Positions 30,690 to 40,049 of a stretch of 64,000 bases of DNA are shown here, piece after piece (position 1 is the stretch's first letter; the number at the start of each line of letters is the position of its first letter). Both the position numbers and the translations under genes were made by a program. Origin of the DNA: an uncultured Spirochaetota bacterium (GTDB lineage Bacteria; Spirochaetota; Brevinematia; Brevinematales; JAOACQ01); the NCBI GenBank assembly GCA_963835575.1, contig CAWIGG010000005.1, positions 422,561 to 486,560 of the forward strand, read 5' to 3'. The notes under the pieces were generated by a model that worked only from the letters and a program-made list of their open reading frames with translations, was not told where the DNA came from and did no database searches.

Positions 30690-31192
30690 ACAGGAAGACG
30701 CGAAGGCACGAAGAAAGGAAAATATATGGTATTTGATGAATTGTCAAATAAAGTTATTGGATTAGCGATTGAAGTGCATAAGAATCTTGGGCCAGGTTTA
30801 CTTGAAAATATCTATCGTCAATGTCCGGCTTATGAACTATCTGAATCAAATTTAAAATTTGAATTGGAAAAGGAAATTCCTGTAAATTACAAAGGAATCC
30901 AATTTGATTGTAATTATCGCATCGATCTATTAATAGAAAATACTCTAATTATTGAATTGAAAAGTGTAGAGATATTATTGCCGGTTCATGAAGCACAAAT
31001 ATTAACATATATGAAATTAACACAATCTCCAATTGGTCTATGGAATCCGCCGTTTAGTTCTTAAATGAATTCAAAATCATCTGAAAATCATTCAATGATA
31101 TTGTGAGAAATGATCAAATATGTTAATCATATTTTAAGGTCAATAATCCAAATAATAACCTTATAAATCTTCGCGTCTTCGTGCCTTCCTGT
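30690..31192 (+). mobile_element. GxxExxY gene cassette bounded by 25-bp imperfect inverted repeats
   Basis: ACAGGAAGACGCGAAGGCACGAAGA (30690-30714) and TCTTCGCGTCTTCGTGCCTTCCTGT (31168-31192); AT-rich interior. Confidence 0.65.
30726..31068 (+). pseudogene. GxxExxY protein (PD-(D/E)XK-like) with a C-terminal internal deletion
   Basis: GLLENIY, RIDLLIE, IIELKSV, HEAQILTY; usual LINF segment missing and GIRRLVLK-stop lies in a shifted frame. Confidence 0.8.
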
Positions 31193-31227
31193 AAAATTAT
31201 GAGTGGTGATGCAGACAATATAATATT

Positions 31228-32442
31228 TTACTGCTTATAGCTGCTGAGAAAATCCTTAAAACGGGCAAACACTTCCTGCAGTTCATCCAGGCGCGGCAGA
31301 AAAACTATCCTGAAATGATCCGGTTCCGGCCAGTTAAAACCCACCCCTCTCACAAGGAGGACCTTCTTTTCAATTAAAAAATCCAGAACAAATTTCTCAT
31401 CATCCTTGATGTTGAACTTTTTAACATCCAGTTTCGGGAAGACATAAAAAGCGCCCATCGGTTTTGTGCATGAAAGACCGGGGATGCTGTTGACGGCTTC
31501 ATAAGTACATTGCCTTTGCTGATATAGCCTGCCGCCGGGCCTGATCAACTCAGTCAGGCTTTGATGGCCTCCTAAAGCCGTCTGTACGGCAAGCTGGGCG
31601 GGCACATTGGAACAGAGCCGCATGGAGGCCAGCATATTAAGGCCCTCGATGTAGTCTTTTGCTATTGCTTTGTTGCCGCTCAACACCATCCAGCCGACGC
31701 GAAACCCGGCCACCCGGTGTGATTTCGAAAGCCCGTTCATCGTAACAAAAAGAATATCCTTTGACATGGTCGCCGGAGAATAATGGACCGCGTCGTCGTA
31801 GAGGATCTTGTCATAAATTTCGTCTGAAAAAACAATCAGCTGGTTCTGCACGGCCAGTTTTACAATCTCTTCAATCAGCTCTTTCGGATAAACTGCACCC
31901 GTCGGATTATTGGGGTTTATAATCACAATGCCTTTTGTTTTAGAAGTAATTTTCTTTTTAATGTCATTTATGTCCGGGAACCAGTTCGCGGATTCATCAC
32001 AGATATAATGGACCGGTTTTCCGCCTGAGAGATTGACAGCCGCTGTCCAGAGCGGGTAATCAGGCATGGGTATAAGCACCTCATCGCCGTTATTGAGAAG
32101 TCCCTGCATGGCCATTATGATCATCTCGCTGACGCCGTTTCCCATAATAATATCCCCGATTTCCACGCCTTCAATGCCTTTAAGCTGGCAGTACTGCATA
32201 ATGGCCTTACGTGCGGGAAAAAGGCCTTTGGAATCGCAATACCCTTCCGCGTCTTTTATATTAATAATGACATCATGGATGATTTCATCCGGCGCTTCCA
32301 CGCCGAAAGGCGCGGGATTGCCGGTGTTCAATTTGATAATTGTATAGCCCTCTTCTTCCATCCTCATGGCCTCATCAAGGACGGGACCGCGGATGTCGTA
32401 AAGGACATTGTCCAGCTTGGATGATTTTTTAAATGTACGCAT
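31228..32442 (-). CDS. alaA: Alanine-synthesising transaminase (AlaA/YfbQ type)
   Basis: LDNVLYDIRGPV, LNTGNPAPFG, NGLSKSHRVAGFRVGW, DHFRIVFLP. Confidence 0.88.
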   Translation of the reverse strand: MRTFKKSSKLDNVLYDIRGPVLDEAMRMEEEGYTIIKLNTGNPAPFGVEAPDEIIHDVIINIKDAEGYCDSKGLFPARKAIMQYCQLKGIEGVEIGDIIMGNGVSEMIIMAMQGLLNNGDEVLIPMPDYPLWTAAVNLSGGKPVHYICDESANWFPDINDIKKKITSKTKGIVIINPNNPTGAVYPKELIEEIVKLAVQNQLIVFSDEIYDKILYDDAVHYSPATMSKDILFVTMNGLSKSHRVAGFRVGWMVLSGNKAIAKDYIEGLNMLASMRLCSNVPAQLAVQTALGGHQSLTELIRPGGRLYQQRQCTYEAVNSIPGLSCTKPMGAFYVFPKLDVKKFNIKDDEKFVLDFLIEKKVLLVRGVGFNWPEPDHFRIVFLPRLDELQEVFARFKDFLSSYKQ

Positions 32443-32463
32443 ATTTTTTTACCCTCTCAATAA

Positions 32464-33336
32464 TCATCTGTTATAAACTTTTTTATTCAGGGCTTTTCTC
32501 ATTGTCCCGACCGGGGCTTTCAGCCCGGTCCAGAGTTCAAACTGAAGAGCGCCCTGGTAAAGGAGCATGTCAATACCGTAAACAATCCTGCATTTCTTTC
32601 GCTTCGCGTTCTGAATAAGCTTCGTTTCATGGGGATGATAAACAATATCCATTAAAACGCGGCCCTCCGGGATATCATCTTCCGTCAGTACGGATGAATT
32701 GTTATCCGGCTCCATCCCCATCGGCGTGGCATGGATGATAATATCAATAGATCCCTTTATATCACCCCATTTCTCATTAGCGATAGCCTCAACCTTGCCG
32801 GTTTCAAAATCTTTCTTCTGTTTAAAACCGCGGCAGATGTTTTCTTTTAATCCTTCCCTTCTTTTCGCGTCAGTATCCAGAATATATACTTTAGAAGGGC
32901 TGGAATAATAAAACAGCGCGAAAAGTATAGCCCTTCCGGCGCCTCCCGCCCCGAAAACAGCGATCGTTTTGTTATCGGCTTTCGTCTTTTCACTCAAAGC
33001 CCTGAAAAACCCGGGGGCATCCGTATTATCGCCCTTTATCTTATTGTCTTTCATTATCAATGTGTTAACGGAGCCGATCATTCCGGCTATATCCGTAACT
33101 TCATCAATATAAGGAATAACGCTCATTTTATGGGGAATAGTAACGCTGGCGCCGCTTATTCCCATCGCTTTCATCCCTTTGAGCGCATCCTCCACATTAA
33201 AGACCTCAAAAGCGGTATAAACAGCGTTTAAACCGGCTTTTTGAAATGCCGCGTTATGAAGAGCCGGTGAAAATGAATGCCGGACAGGATTGCCGATAAT
33301 ACAGAAAACCTTTGTGGATGCGTCAATCATAAACAT
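32464..33336 (-). CDS. aroE: Shikimate dehydrogenase
   Basis: GNPVRHSFSPALHN, VTIPHK, NTD, GAGGAGRA, ML..QG..QF. Confidence 0.94.
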   Translation of the reverse strand: MFMIDASTKVFCIIGNPVRHSFSPALHNAAFQKAGLNAVYTAFEVFNVEDALKGMKAMGISGASVTIPHKMSVIPYIDEVTDIAGMIGSVNTLIMKDNKIKGDNTDAPGFFRALSEKTKADNKTIAVFGAGGAGRAILFALFYYSSPSKVYILDTDAKRREGLKENICRGFKQKKDFETGKVEAIANEKWGDIKGSIDIIIHATPMGMEPDNNSSVLTEDDIPEGRVLMDIVYHPHETKLIQNAKRKKCRIVYGIDMLLYQGALQFELWTGLKAPVGTMRKALNKKVYNR

Positions 33337-33776
33337 TCCTCTTTTTCAATTTCATCGATTTTATCGATCCTTCGCTGATGGCGGCCGCCTTCAAACTCGG
33401 TGGAAAACCAGATGTCCAGACAGCGGGCCGCATCCTCAATCGACATTCTTTTGCCCGCAATGGCCATGACATTGGCATTATTATGCCTGCGGGCGTATTC
33501 GGCAGTATATTCATCCAAACAGAGCGCCGCTCTGACGCCCCTTATTTTATTCGCCACTATTGATGCCCCTACTCCTGAAGCGCAGAGAACAATGCCATAC
33601 TCGCACTCTTTTTTACCGACAGCACGGGCTGCCTGTTTAATTGTATCCGGATAATCCACGCTTTCTTCAGAATGCGTGCCGAAATCAATTACTTCAAAAC
33701 CTTTTTTTTGAAGATAGTCTTTAACTTCTTCTTTTAAAATATAGGCTGCATGATCGCATGCTATAGCTACCTTCAT
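33327..33776 (-). CDS. rpiB: Ribose-5-phosphate isomerase B
   Basis: ACDHAA, VDYPD, C.SGVG.SI.ANK, HNNAN, FEGGRHQRR. Confidence 0.95.
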   Translation of the reverse strand: MKVAIACDHAAYILKEEVKDYLQKKGFEVIDFGTHSEESVDYPDTIKQAARAVGKKECEYGIVLCASGVGASIVANKIRGVRAALCLDEYTAEYARRHNNANVMAIAGKRMSIEDAARCLDIWFSTEFEGGRHQRRIDKIDEIEKEECL

Positions 33777-34502
33777 GTCTATCTCCGGTTTTTATTTATG
33801 TAATATTATGACTTTAATTATTCTCATTATATTATTCGGAAACAAATTGAAATATCTGCTTCAAACATCGGACGAGAAGAATGATCTTCTTTAATATGTT
33901 GAAGGAGTCTCATAATTATAAAAAAAAAGGCTGTGTTTGTAAAGTTATTTCTCAATATTAACTGGTGATGACACCCCGGTATTGGAAAGAGCCGCTTTTT
34001 CAGGTATCGGCCTGTTAAGAGAAAAATGAATACTGACAGTCGTGCCTTCTTTATACCGGCTTTCTATAAGAACGCTGCCGTTAAAAAATTCCACAATCTT
34101 TCTAACAAGCGAAAGCCCGATGCCGAGTCCGGGTGTTTTTGCCATTTCTATTTCTTCGACCCGGAAGAATTTGTCAAACACCCTGTTTAAATACTTTTCT
34201 TTAATACCTATTCCGTTATCAGAAATAACCAATTCAATCCCTTTAACATTTTTGGTCAATTTAATATCGATCAAGACTTTATCATTTTCTTTTGAATAAA
34301 GATATGAATTAATAAGGAGTTCCTGCAGCATTTTTTTAAAGAATTTTTCATTGCCGTAAATTGCGGCCCCTTCATCCAGGCTGGTTTTAAAAAGACATTC
34401 TTTTGTTATATATGTTTTTTGAAATTCCAAAATGGTTTCCCGGATAAGAGCGGATAAGTTAATTACCGTCATATAAATAATTTGCGGATTGAATTCCAAA
34501 AT

Positions 34503-36147
34503 CCCGGATTATTCACCTGAAAAAAAGTATAAAAAAAGCCGCGTAACTTTACTCTTTATGATATAATTAATTGCGACCTAAAAATACCCCAAAGAGGAGA
34601 TACGCGGTGAAAACAGTATGTCATAAACAAGAAGAAAAATCAAGCGGTTTTGCCTTTTTAGGCAAGACTATTGAGATGGACTGGAACGGCGGCGACATAT
34701 CCACTGACGGCGGGCTGTTTCTGGTATCCGGGCTCTTAAAAAAGACCGGAATTATCAATAGAATATCCGGTTGTATTGAGGATTGCAGGGACCAGGACCG
34801 GATAATTCATGAAATGAGTGAATTGATCGGACAACGGGTCAGCCAAATGATCATGGGGTATGAAGACACCAACGACGCGGGAGTATTACGGTATGACCCG
34901 ATGTTTAAATTCGCGGCAGGGCGTTTACCTGAAAGCGGAGATACCCTGTCCAGCCAGCCGACGCTGTCCAGGCTTGAGAACAGCATAAACCTTCGGGATA
35001 TAACGAAGCTTGATTTCTGTATGACGGACTGGTACATTGACAGCTTGATAGAGCGTAAAGCGGAAAGTGTTGTTCTTGACATAGACGGCACGGATGATCC
35101 GACGCATGGTAAACAGGAAGGAAGCCTGTTCAACGGTTTTTATGAACAAACGATGTACTCACCGCTGATTGTTTGTGACGGAGATACCGGAGACCTTGCG
35201 GCGATTAAACTGCGGCAGGGAAACGCGGGTCCGGCAAAGGACGCGCTTGCTATGATCAGGAGAATTGTTTTGGCAATAAGGAGGCGACAACCGGAGATCC
35301 GGATAATCCTGCGAGGTGACGCCGGATTTGAAAACCCGAAGATATACGAATATTGCGAACAAAATGATCTCCATTATATTCTGGGAATAAAGGGTTACCG
35401 GAGATTGGAGAAGAGGACAAGAAAGCTATCCCGCAGGGCAAAGACATATTTTCAAAAAAGCGGGAAAGAAAAGACGCTTCATACGAATTTCAAATACCGT
35501 GCACAAAGCTGGGAAAAAGAACGAATGATTATCGCCCGGATACGCTGCAATGAATTGGGACAGGACACCCGTTATCTGATAACCAATTGGAAATTTTCAA
35601 AGGCAAGGTATGCATACAGATTCTATGCGAAGCGTGGAGATATGGAAAACCGGATCAAGGAACTGAAAAAGGATATGAATCTTGACCGTTTGAGCTGCCA
35701 TCGATATATGGCAAATTATTTCCGGCTGATTCTTGCGGGTTTTGCCTATCAATGCATGCAGCGCTTAAGGAAGGGATTGAAAGGTACAGAATATGAGAAA
35801 GCGCAAGCCGACACTATACGGTTAAAAATTCTGAAAGTTGCTGTACAGGTAAAAGAAACAGTCCGGAGAGTATGGCTGCATTTTTGCTCAAGTTTCACTG
35901 AAAAAGCGGTATTTCAAAGGCTCTCGGACAGCTTTGCGTAATGAAAGCCTTTCTGGATGTTTTTGACTCCGCTTAAAGAAGGGGGAAACTGCGCCCTTGT
36001 AACTGCAAAAAACAGATTTTTGAAAAGTTAGAAAGGATTGGACGGAAAAACGGAAGGTTAACTGACAAATTTATGCGGCCGCTTGAACAGCCGGGCAGTT
36101 TTTTATAGAAAATACACCCTCTGTGGGGGTGAGATGAATAATGCGGG
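34503..36147 (+). mobile_element. IS1380-family element (copy 2, different subtype)
   Basis: IRs CCCGGATTATTCA / CCCGCATTATTCA; 5-bp target duplication AAAAT at 34498-34502 and 36148-36152. Confidence 0.93.
34607..35941 (+). CDS. IS1380-family transposase
   Basis: STDGGL, GYEDTND, SQPTLSRLEN, LDIDGTDDPTHG.QE, RGDAGF, RGDMENRIKE; GTG start after GAGGAG. Confidence 0.94.
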   Translation: MKTVCHKQEEKSSGFAFLGKTIEMDWNGGDISTDGGLFLVSGLLKKTGIINRISGCIEDCRDQDRIIHEMSELIGQRVSQMIMGYEDTNDAGVLRYDPMFKFAAGRLPESGDTLSSQPTLSRLENSINLRDITKLDFCMTDWYIDSLIERKAESVVLDIDGTDDPTHGKQEGSLFNGFYEQTMYSPLIVCDGDTGDLAAIKLRQGNAGPAKDALAMIRRIVLAIRRRQPEIRIILRGDAGFENPKIYEYCEQNDLHYILGIKGYRRLEKRTRKLSRRAKTYFQKSGKEKTLHTNFKYRAQSWEKERMIIARIRCNELGQDTRYLITNWKFSKARYAYRFYAKRGDMENRIKELKKDMNLDRLSCHRYMANYFRLILAGFAYQCMQRLRKGLKGTEYEKAQADTIRLKILKVAVQVKETVRRVWLHFCSSFTEKAVFQRLSDSFA

Positions 36148-36403
36148 AAAATTGATATGGCTATAATATTATCGATAAGCCGAAGGAGCTCAATGCTATT
36201 TTTGTTGATAAGAAGCGCATATTCCTTATTCTGGCCATCACTCAAATTTTCAAGGAGCATTTCTGAATACGCAAGTATGCTCGTAAGAGGAGTTTTTAAT
36301 TCGTGACTTAATGATATTTCAATCTGCCGGCGGATTTTTTTCTCTAAAATTCTGTCATGCTGCTCCAGCATTCTTCCGTACATCCATACAAAGGGATTTT
36401 TCA

Positions 36404-36772
36404 TCAAGGATTCCTGAATAAGGCATCAATATATTCCGCCAGTTCATTGGGCGAAAATGGTTTCGCAATGAAGCCATCCGCGTTAACTTCAGCGGCTTTT
36501 TGGCGGGCAAAATCCAGATCTTTTGCCGTTAAAAATATTACCTTGATGTGTTTTAAGTTTTTATTCTCTTTTATTAACTTGCAGAGCTCAAAACCGGTTA
36601 TTTTCGGCATCATAATATCCATCAGCACAACTTCGGGTTTGAATTCCTTAATTTTCTTCAATACAACCGCGGCATCATTAACAGTTTCTACTTCATAACC
36701 GCTTCTTGAAAGCTTGGTTTTAACAATATTAAGTATTTCCTGATAATCATCCACCGCTAAAATCCTGTGCAT
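36404..36772 (-). CDS. Single-domain response regulator
   Basis: LAVDD, LMDIMMP, FLTA, AKPF; GGAGG RBS before ATG 36772; overlaps the kinase start. Confidence 0.92.
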   Translation of the reverse strand: MHRILAVDDYQEILNIVKTKLSRSGYEVETVNDAAVVLKKIKEFKPEVVLMDIMMPKITGFELCKLIKENKNLKHIKVIFLTAKDLDFARQKAAEVNADGFIAKPFSPNELAEYIDALFRNP

Positions 36773-37032
36773 CGGACCTCCCTTATTAAGTTTATTCAGA
36801 CACAAAACAATTTATAAAGACTGTTATAATAATCATTTTTTCATTTTTTCTTCCTGCGATACTAACCAAAAGATTTTAATTCTGAATTCTTTTCATGTCA
36901 AGAGAATTTTCTTTATTCATTATTAAGAGCGAATTTATAAACTTCTATAATCATTAAATAAAAGATTATGAAAAGAAACAAACATGTTCCCGGCTTGAAA
37001 GTATTTTTTTTCAGTGAAGCGCTCTTAATTAA

Positions 37033-37061
37033 TTGACAAAATCTTTTATTAGTGATAGACT
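37033..37061 (+). promoter_or_regulatory. sigma70 promoter with extended -10
   Basis: TTGACA-17 bp-TAGACT, TG at 37053-37054. Confidence 0.75.
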
Positions 37062-37092
37062 AGTTCCGATATTATAAATGAAGAGGATATCA

Positions 37093-37206
37093 ATGAACCC
37101 TGTGAACAGATTATTCAATATTATGCTTGCAGTAAAGTCAGCGCTTATTTGTGTCAATAATAGAATGGGTAGCCTGTTTGCAGAACAGTTTATTTTACAC
37201 CCATAA
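37093..37206 (+). CDS. Putative leader peptide (37 aa, absent from the ORF track)
   Basis: AGAGGA RBS; MNPVNRLFNIMLAVKSALICVNNRMGSLFAEQFILHP-stop, lying between promoter and terminator. Confidence 0.65.
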   Translation: MNPVNRLFNIMLAVKSALICVNNRMGSLFAEQFILHP

Positions 37207-37223
37207 TAGGGCTAAAAATAAAC

Positions 37224-37258
37224 AAAAAACCCGCAGGTTACCACCTGCGGGTTTTTTT
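37224..37258 (+). terminator. Attenuator terminator
   Basis: AAAAAACCCGCAGGT-TACC-ACCTGCGGGTTTTTTT, about 35 bp before the next start codon. Confidence 0.85.
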
Positions 37259-37292
37259 ATTGTTTATATAAATTTATTTGCCGGAGGATTAT

Positions 37293-37886
37293 ATGATTTA
37301 TTTAAGAACAGGTTTAAACAGAAATGTCTACTATACTGTGTTCAGCTACAGAATTATGCTCCCTTATGGTAAATCGCTTTCAAAAAGCTCCTATTTCGTT
37401 CTGCTTAATTATGACAAAAAAATACTCATTAATACAGGCGTGATTGAAAGCCAGAGCGATCTTGAAACGCTTTTTCAATCGGCAAGGATATCTTACAAAG
37501 ATGTTGACTATATTATTAATATGTCAGCCGCCCCTGAACATATAGGGCTTAATTCGGTCATTCAATACCAGAATAAAAAAGCATTATTTTACTCAAATGC
37601 AGAGGAAATTCCCTATATTGAAGACACTGTCCGACAGCATGAAGAGCGGTATGTGCCGGGCTTTTATAAACTCGTATCGGGAAATACTGAAAATGTAAAA
37701 GTTTTACAGGACGGGCAGAAGTTTGATCTGGGTGATGAAGAATTAATTGTTCAATTGCCTAAAAAAAACAATAAGGAAAAATTCAAGCTCTATTTAAAAG
37801 AAAGCAATATAGAAATATATCCCAATGAAGTATGCCTGGCACAGGGAGATTCAGGAAAGGAAATTGAGCTCCTTAAAGCCGTTTAA
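37293..37886 (+). CDS. Degenerate metallo-beta-lactamase-fold protein
   Basis: GGAGG RBS; ILINTG and IINMSAAPEHIG align to LIDTG and THxHxDHIG; LQDGQKFDLG present but C-half missing. Confidence 0.7.
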   Translation: MIYLRTGLNRNVYYTVFSYRIMLPYGKSLSKSSYFVLLNYDKKILINTGVIESQSDLETLFQSARISYKDVDYIINMSAAPEHIGLNSVIQYQNKKALFYSNAEEIPYIEDTVRQHEERYVPGFYKLVSGNTENVKVLQDGQKFDLGDEELIVQLPKKNNKEKFKLYLKESNIEIYPNEVCLAQGDSGKEIELLKAV

Positions 37887-38104
37887 TGAAATATAAAGGG
37901 CTGTCAAACTGCCTCTATACCTGGTAAAACCTCCTCAAAAGCTTTTTGACAGGGGCGGAGAACAATATTTCCGCTCCTTCAAAAAGCCGAAAATATTTGC
38001 TCCAATAAAAATATTGATTGATATTTTCAAATAAATTCTCTCTTTATTATTACCAAAGAATCATATATAATATATTAGTTCGATATGAATTGCGGGGATT
38101 CATT

Positions 38105-39133
38105 ATGCTCAAGAATCATAAGAAATTAATTCAATTAAGCGTATTATTTATTGATAATGATACTAAATCCGAGAAAGCCCTTTATTCATTACTCAGCGAT
38201 AATATAAAAAATATAGAGAAAGTTAATAGTTATGAGGAAGCGCTTCAAATATTAAATAAAGAACATTATGATCTTATTATTCTAAGTACCGTTAAAAACG
38301 GCCGTTCTTTCCTTGAAACAATCAGTAAGGACAAAGCGGTAGAGGAAGCTCTGAAAAAAAGCGAAATAGAACTCCGCCGCCATACTGATATTATTGAACA
38401 GGATTTAAAAAACGCTCAGCTCATTCAAAGCGCCCTTCTTCCCAGGCAAATGCCGCAATTTGAAAAGCTTCATATTGATTACCGCTATATTCCCCTTGAA
38501 TCCGTCGGAGGGGACTATTTTTCCTTCACTTCGCTGAGGGAAGGCGGTATGGGTGTATTCCTCGGCGATATTATGGGCCATGGTGTTTCGGCAGCTTTAT
38601 TTTTAGCCCTTGTCAAGGCATTTGCCGACAGAACCTGCCGTCATTACGGCCTGAAACCAAAAGAATTCATGACGCACCTGAACAACAGCCTTATGAATAA
38701 TATGACAACCCACTTCCTGACCGCTATTTACGGGCATTTTCATTTTAATTCTGAAGAAAATGGGATTACTTTTGATTTCGCAAAAGGCGGGCATCCGCCT
38801 CCGATACTCTACCGAAATAATACAAAACAGATAGAAATTTTAAACTGCGGAGGAGGCATCCTCGGAGTTTCGGAAAAAATGGATTATGAAGAAAATTCTC
38901 TTTTTCTTCAGAAAGGAGACAAGCTTTTTCTTTATACTGACGGCGCTTATGAGATAATGAATCCCGATAATAATATATTGGGCATACAAAATCTTTGCGG
39001 TATTATCCGCGCTTCAAGCGGTCTTCCCCTGGGAAAAACTCTCTCAAGTATTATTGAACAGATACAGAAATATCGGGGTGTTTCTCCAATAATGGATGAT
39101 ATTTTGCTGATTGGCTTTGAAGTACGCGATTAA
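38105..39133 (+). CDS. SpoIIE/PP2C phosphatase with a truncated pseudo-receiver N-terminus
   Basis: VGGDYF, GDIMGHGVSAA, GGHPPP, LYTDG, DDI. Confidence 0.88.
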   Translation: MLKNHKKLIQLSVLFIDNDTKSEKALYSLLSDNIKNIEKVNSYEEALQILNKEHYDLIILSTVKNGRSFLETISKDKAVEEALKKSEIELRRHTDIIEQDLKNAQLIQSALLPRQMPQFEKLHIDYRYIPLESVGGDYFSFTSLREGGMGVFLGDIMGHGVSAALFLALVKAFADRTCRHYGLKPKEFMTHLNNSLMNNMTTHFLTAIYGHFHFNSEENGITFDFAKGGHPPPILYRNNTKQIEILNCGGGILGVSEKMDYEENSLFLQKGDKLFLYTDGAYEIMNPDNNILGIQNLCGIIRASSGLPLGKTLSSIIEQIQKYRGVSPIMDDILLIGFEVRD

Positions 39134-39261
39134 AGGTACGACCCAAAACTCGCGGCGTGGTTCGGCAAGATTAGTTTCCGTGGTTCTGCTGGCTCAACAA
39201 ACAAGCAAATTCGAGGGACACCGACCAATTTATCTAACCAACCAAGGTTTTTAGAAATGAC

Positions 39262-39891
39262 TCAAATATAATTTTTATATTCTGCATTATCCGGGAAATA
39301 GCGTACCGCGGCAACTTTATTACACTTTTGATTATAGAGAAAACCGCCATTCCAGTACTCCAGTGCGGCAAACAGGGCGTTGCCTCCGTCCATTTCATTG
39401 GAATCAGGCCCCGACCATGCCACCAGTTCTGCAAAATGCTCAAAATCCTGTTTGACAAGGCAAAGAGTTCTATTTAATGCGAATTTGTTCCAATCATCCA
39501 TAATATGGAAGCCTTTGCCTTCATCTTCGACAATGATTTTTGCTCTTTTATTAAAATCGAACCAGACCTTGATCTTTTTATTAGGGTCCATTTTATTACC
39601 ATGTTCAATGCCATTTTTTACTATTTCGCTGATCTGCTGTTCAAGAAGATTAATTTCTTTGTATAATTCCGGCGCATATTGAATAATATAAGATGTATAA
39701 GCCCTGACCTTGGAAAAATCACTGGGAAATTCCTTATAATACATTCCATGTGTATTGAAAAGAATATGGTTTTCCTCAACTTTCGCGGCCTGCTTTATCT
39801 GTATTTCTTTATCATCTTCCAGCTTGAGCAGGAGGGTGTTCTCATTTTTCCAGCCTGTCGGTTCATATTTGTAAAGGTCTTGAATAGCCAT
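39262..39891 (-). CDS. RsbW/SpoIIAB-like HATPase (anti-sigma kinase-like) protein
   Basis: SEIVKNGIEHGNK, VEDEGKGF, GGNALF; GGAGG RBS before ATG 39891. Confidence 0.75.
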   Translation of the reverse strand: MAIQDLYKYEPTGWKNENTLLLKLEDDKEIQIKQAAKVEENHILFNTHGMYYKEFPSDFSKVRAYTSYIIQYAPELYKEINLLEQQISEIVKNGIEHGNKMDPNKKIKVWFDFNKRAKIIVEDEGKGFHIMDDWNKFALNRTLCLVKQDFEHFAELVAWSGPDSNEMDGGNALFAALEYWNGGFLYNQKCNKVAAVRYFPDNAEYKNYI

Positions 39892-40049
39892 ACCAAAACC
39901 TCCTAACTTCATAAAAAGGTATCTTAAATATCAAAGTTATTATCGACTGAAGAGCGAAAAAACTCTCGAAGATTATAGAAACAAAATGAAATTTTGTCAA
40001 AATAATTGATTGTATATCTTTATTTGTCATTTAGATAGAATAATAAATT

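Larger units (their letters stand above)
33945..36407 (-). pseudogene. Cytoplasmic histidine kinase interrupted by IS1380
   Basis: HisKA (SHELKTPL) in 36148-36407 and HATPase (DNGIGI, GLGIGL) in 33945-34497 rejoin in frame as NIIAISILEFNPQ (270 aa). Confidence 0.9.

Noticed and set aside
35973..36147. C-terminal part of the 144-aa ORF
   Set aside because: Read-through into the IS1380 end, not kinase sequence
37151..37372. 73-aa GTG ORF crossing the terminator
   Set aside because: No RBS and spans the terminator; the RBS-bearing ORF at 37093 is the better leader candidate
39155..39245. Degenerate GGTTCGGCAAG...CTAACCAACC repeat between convergent genes
   Set aside because: Too decayed and single-copy in this window to define an element
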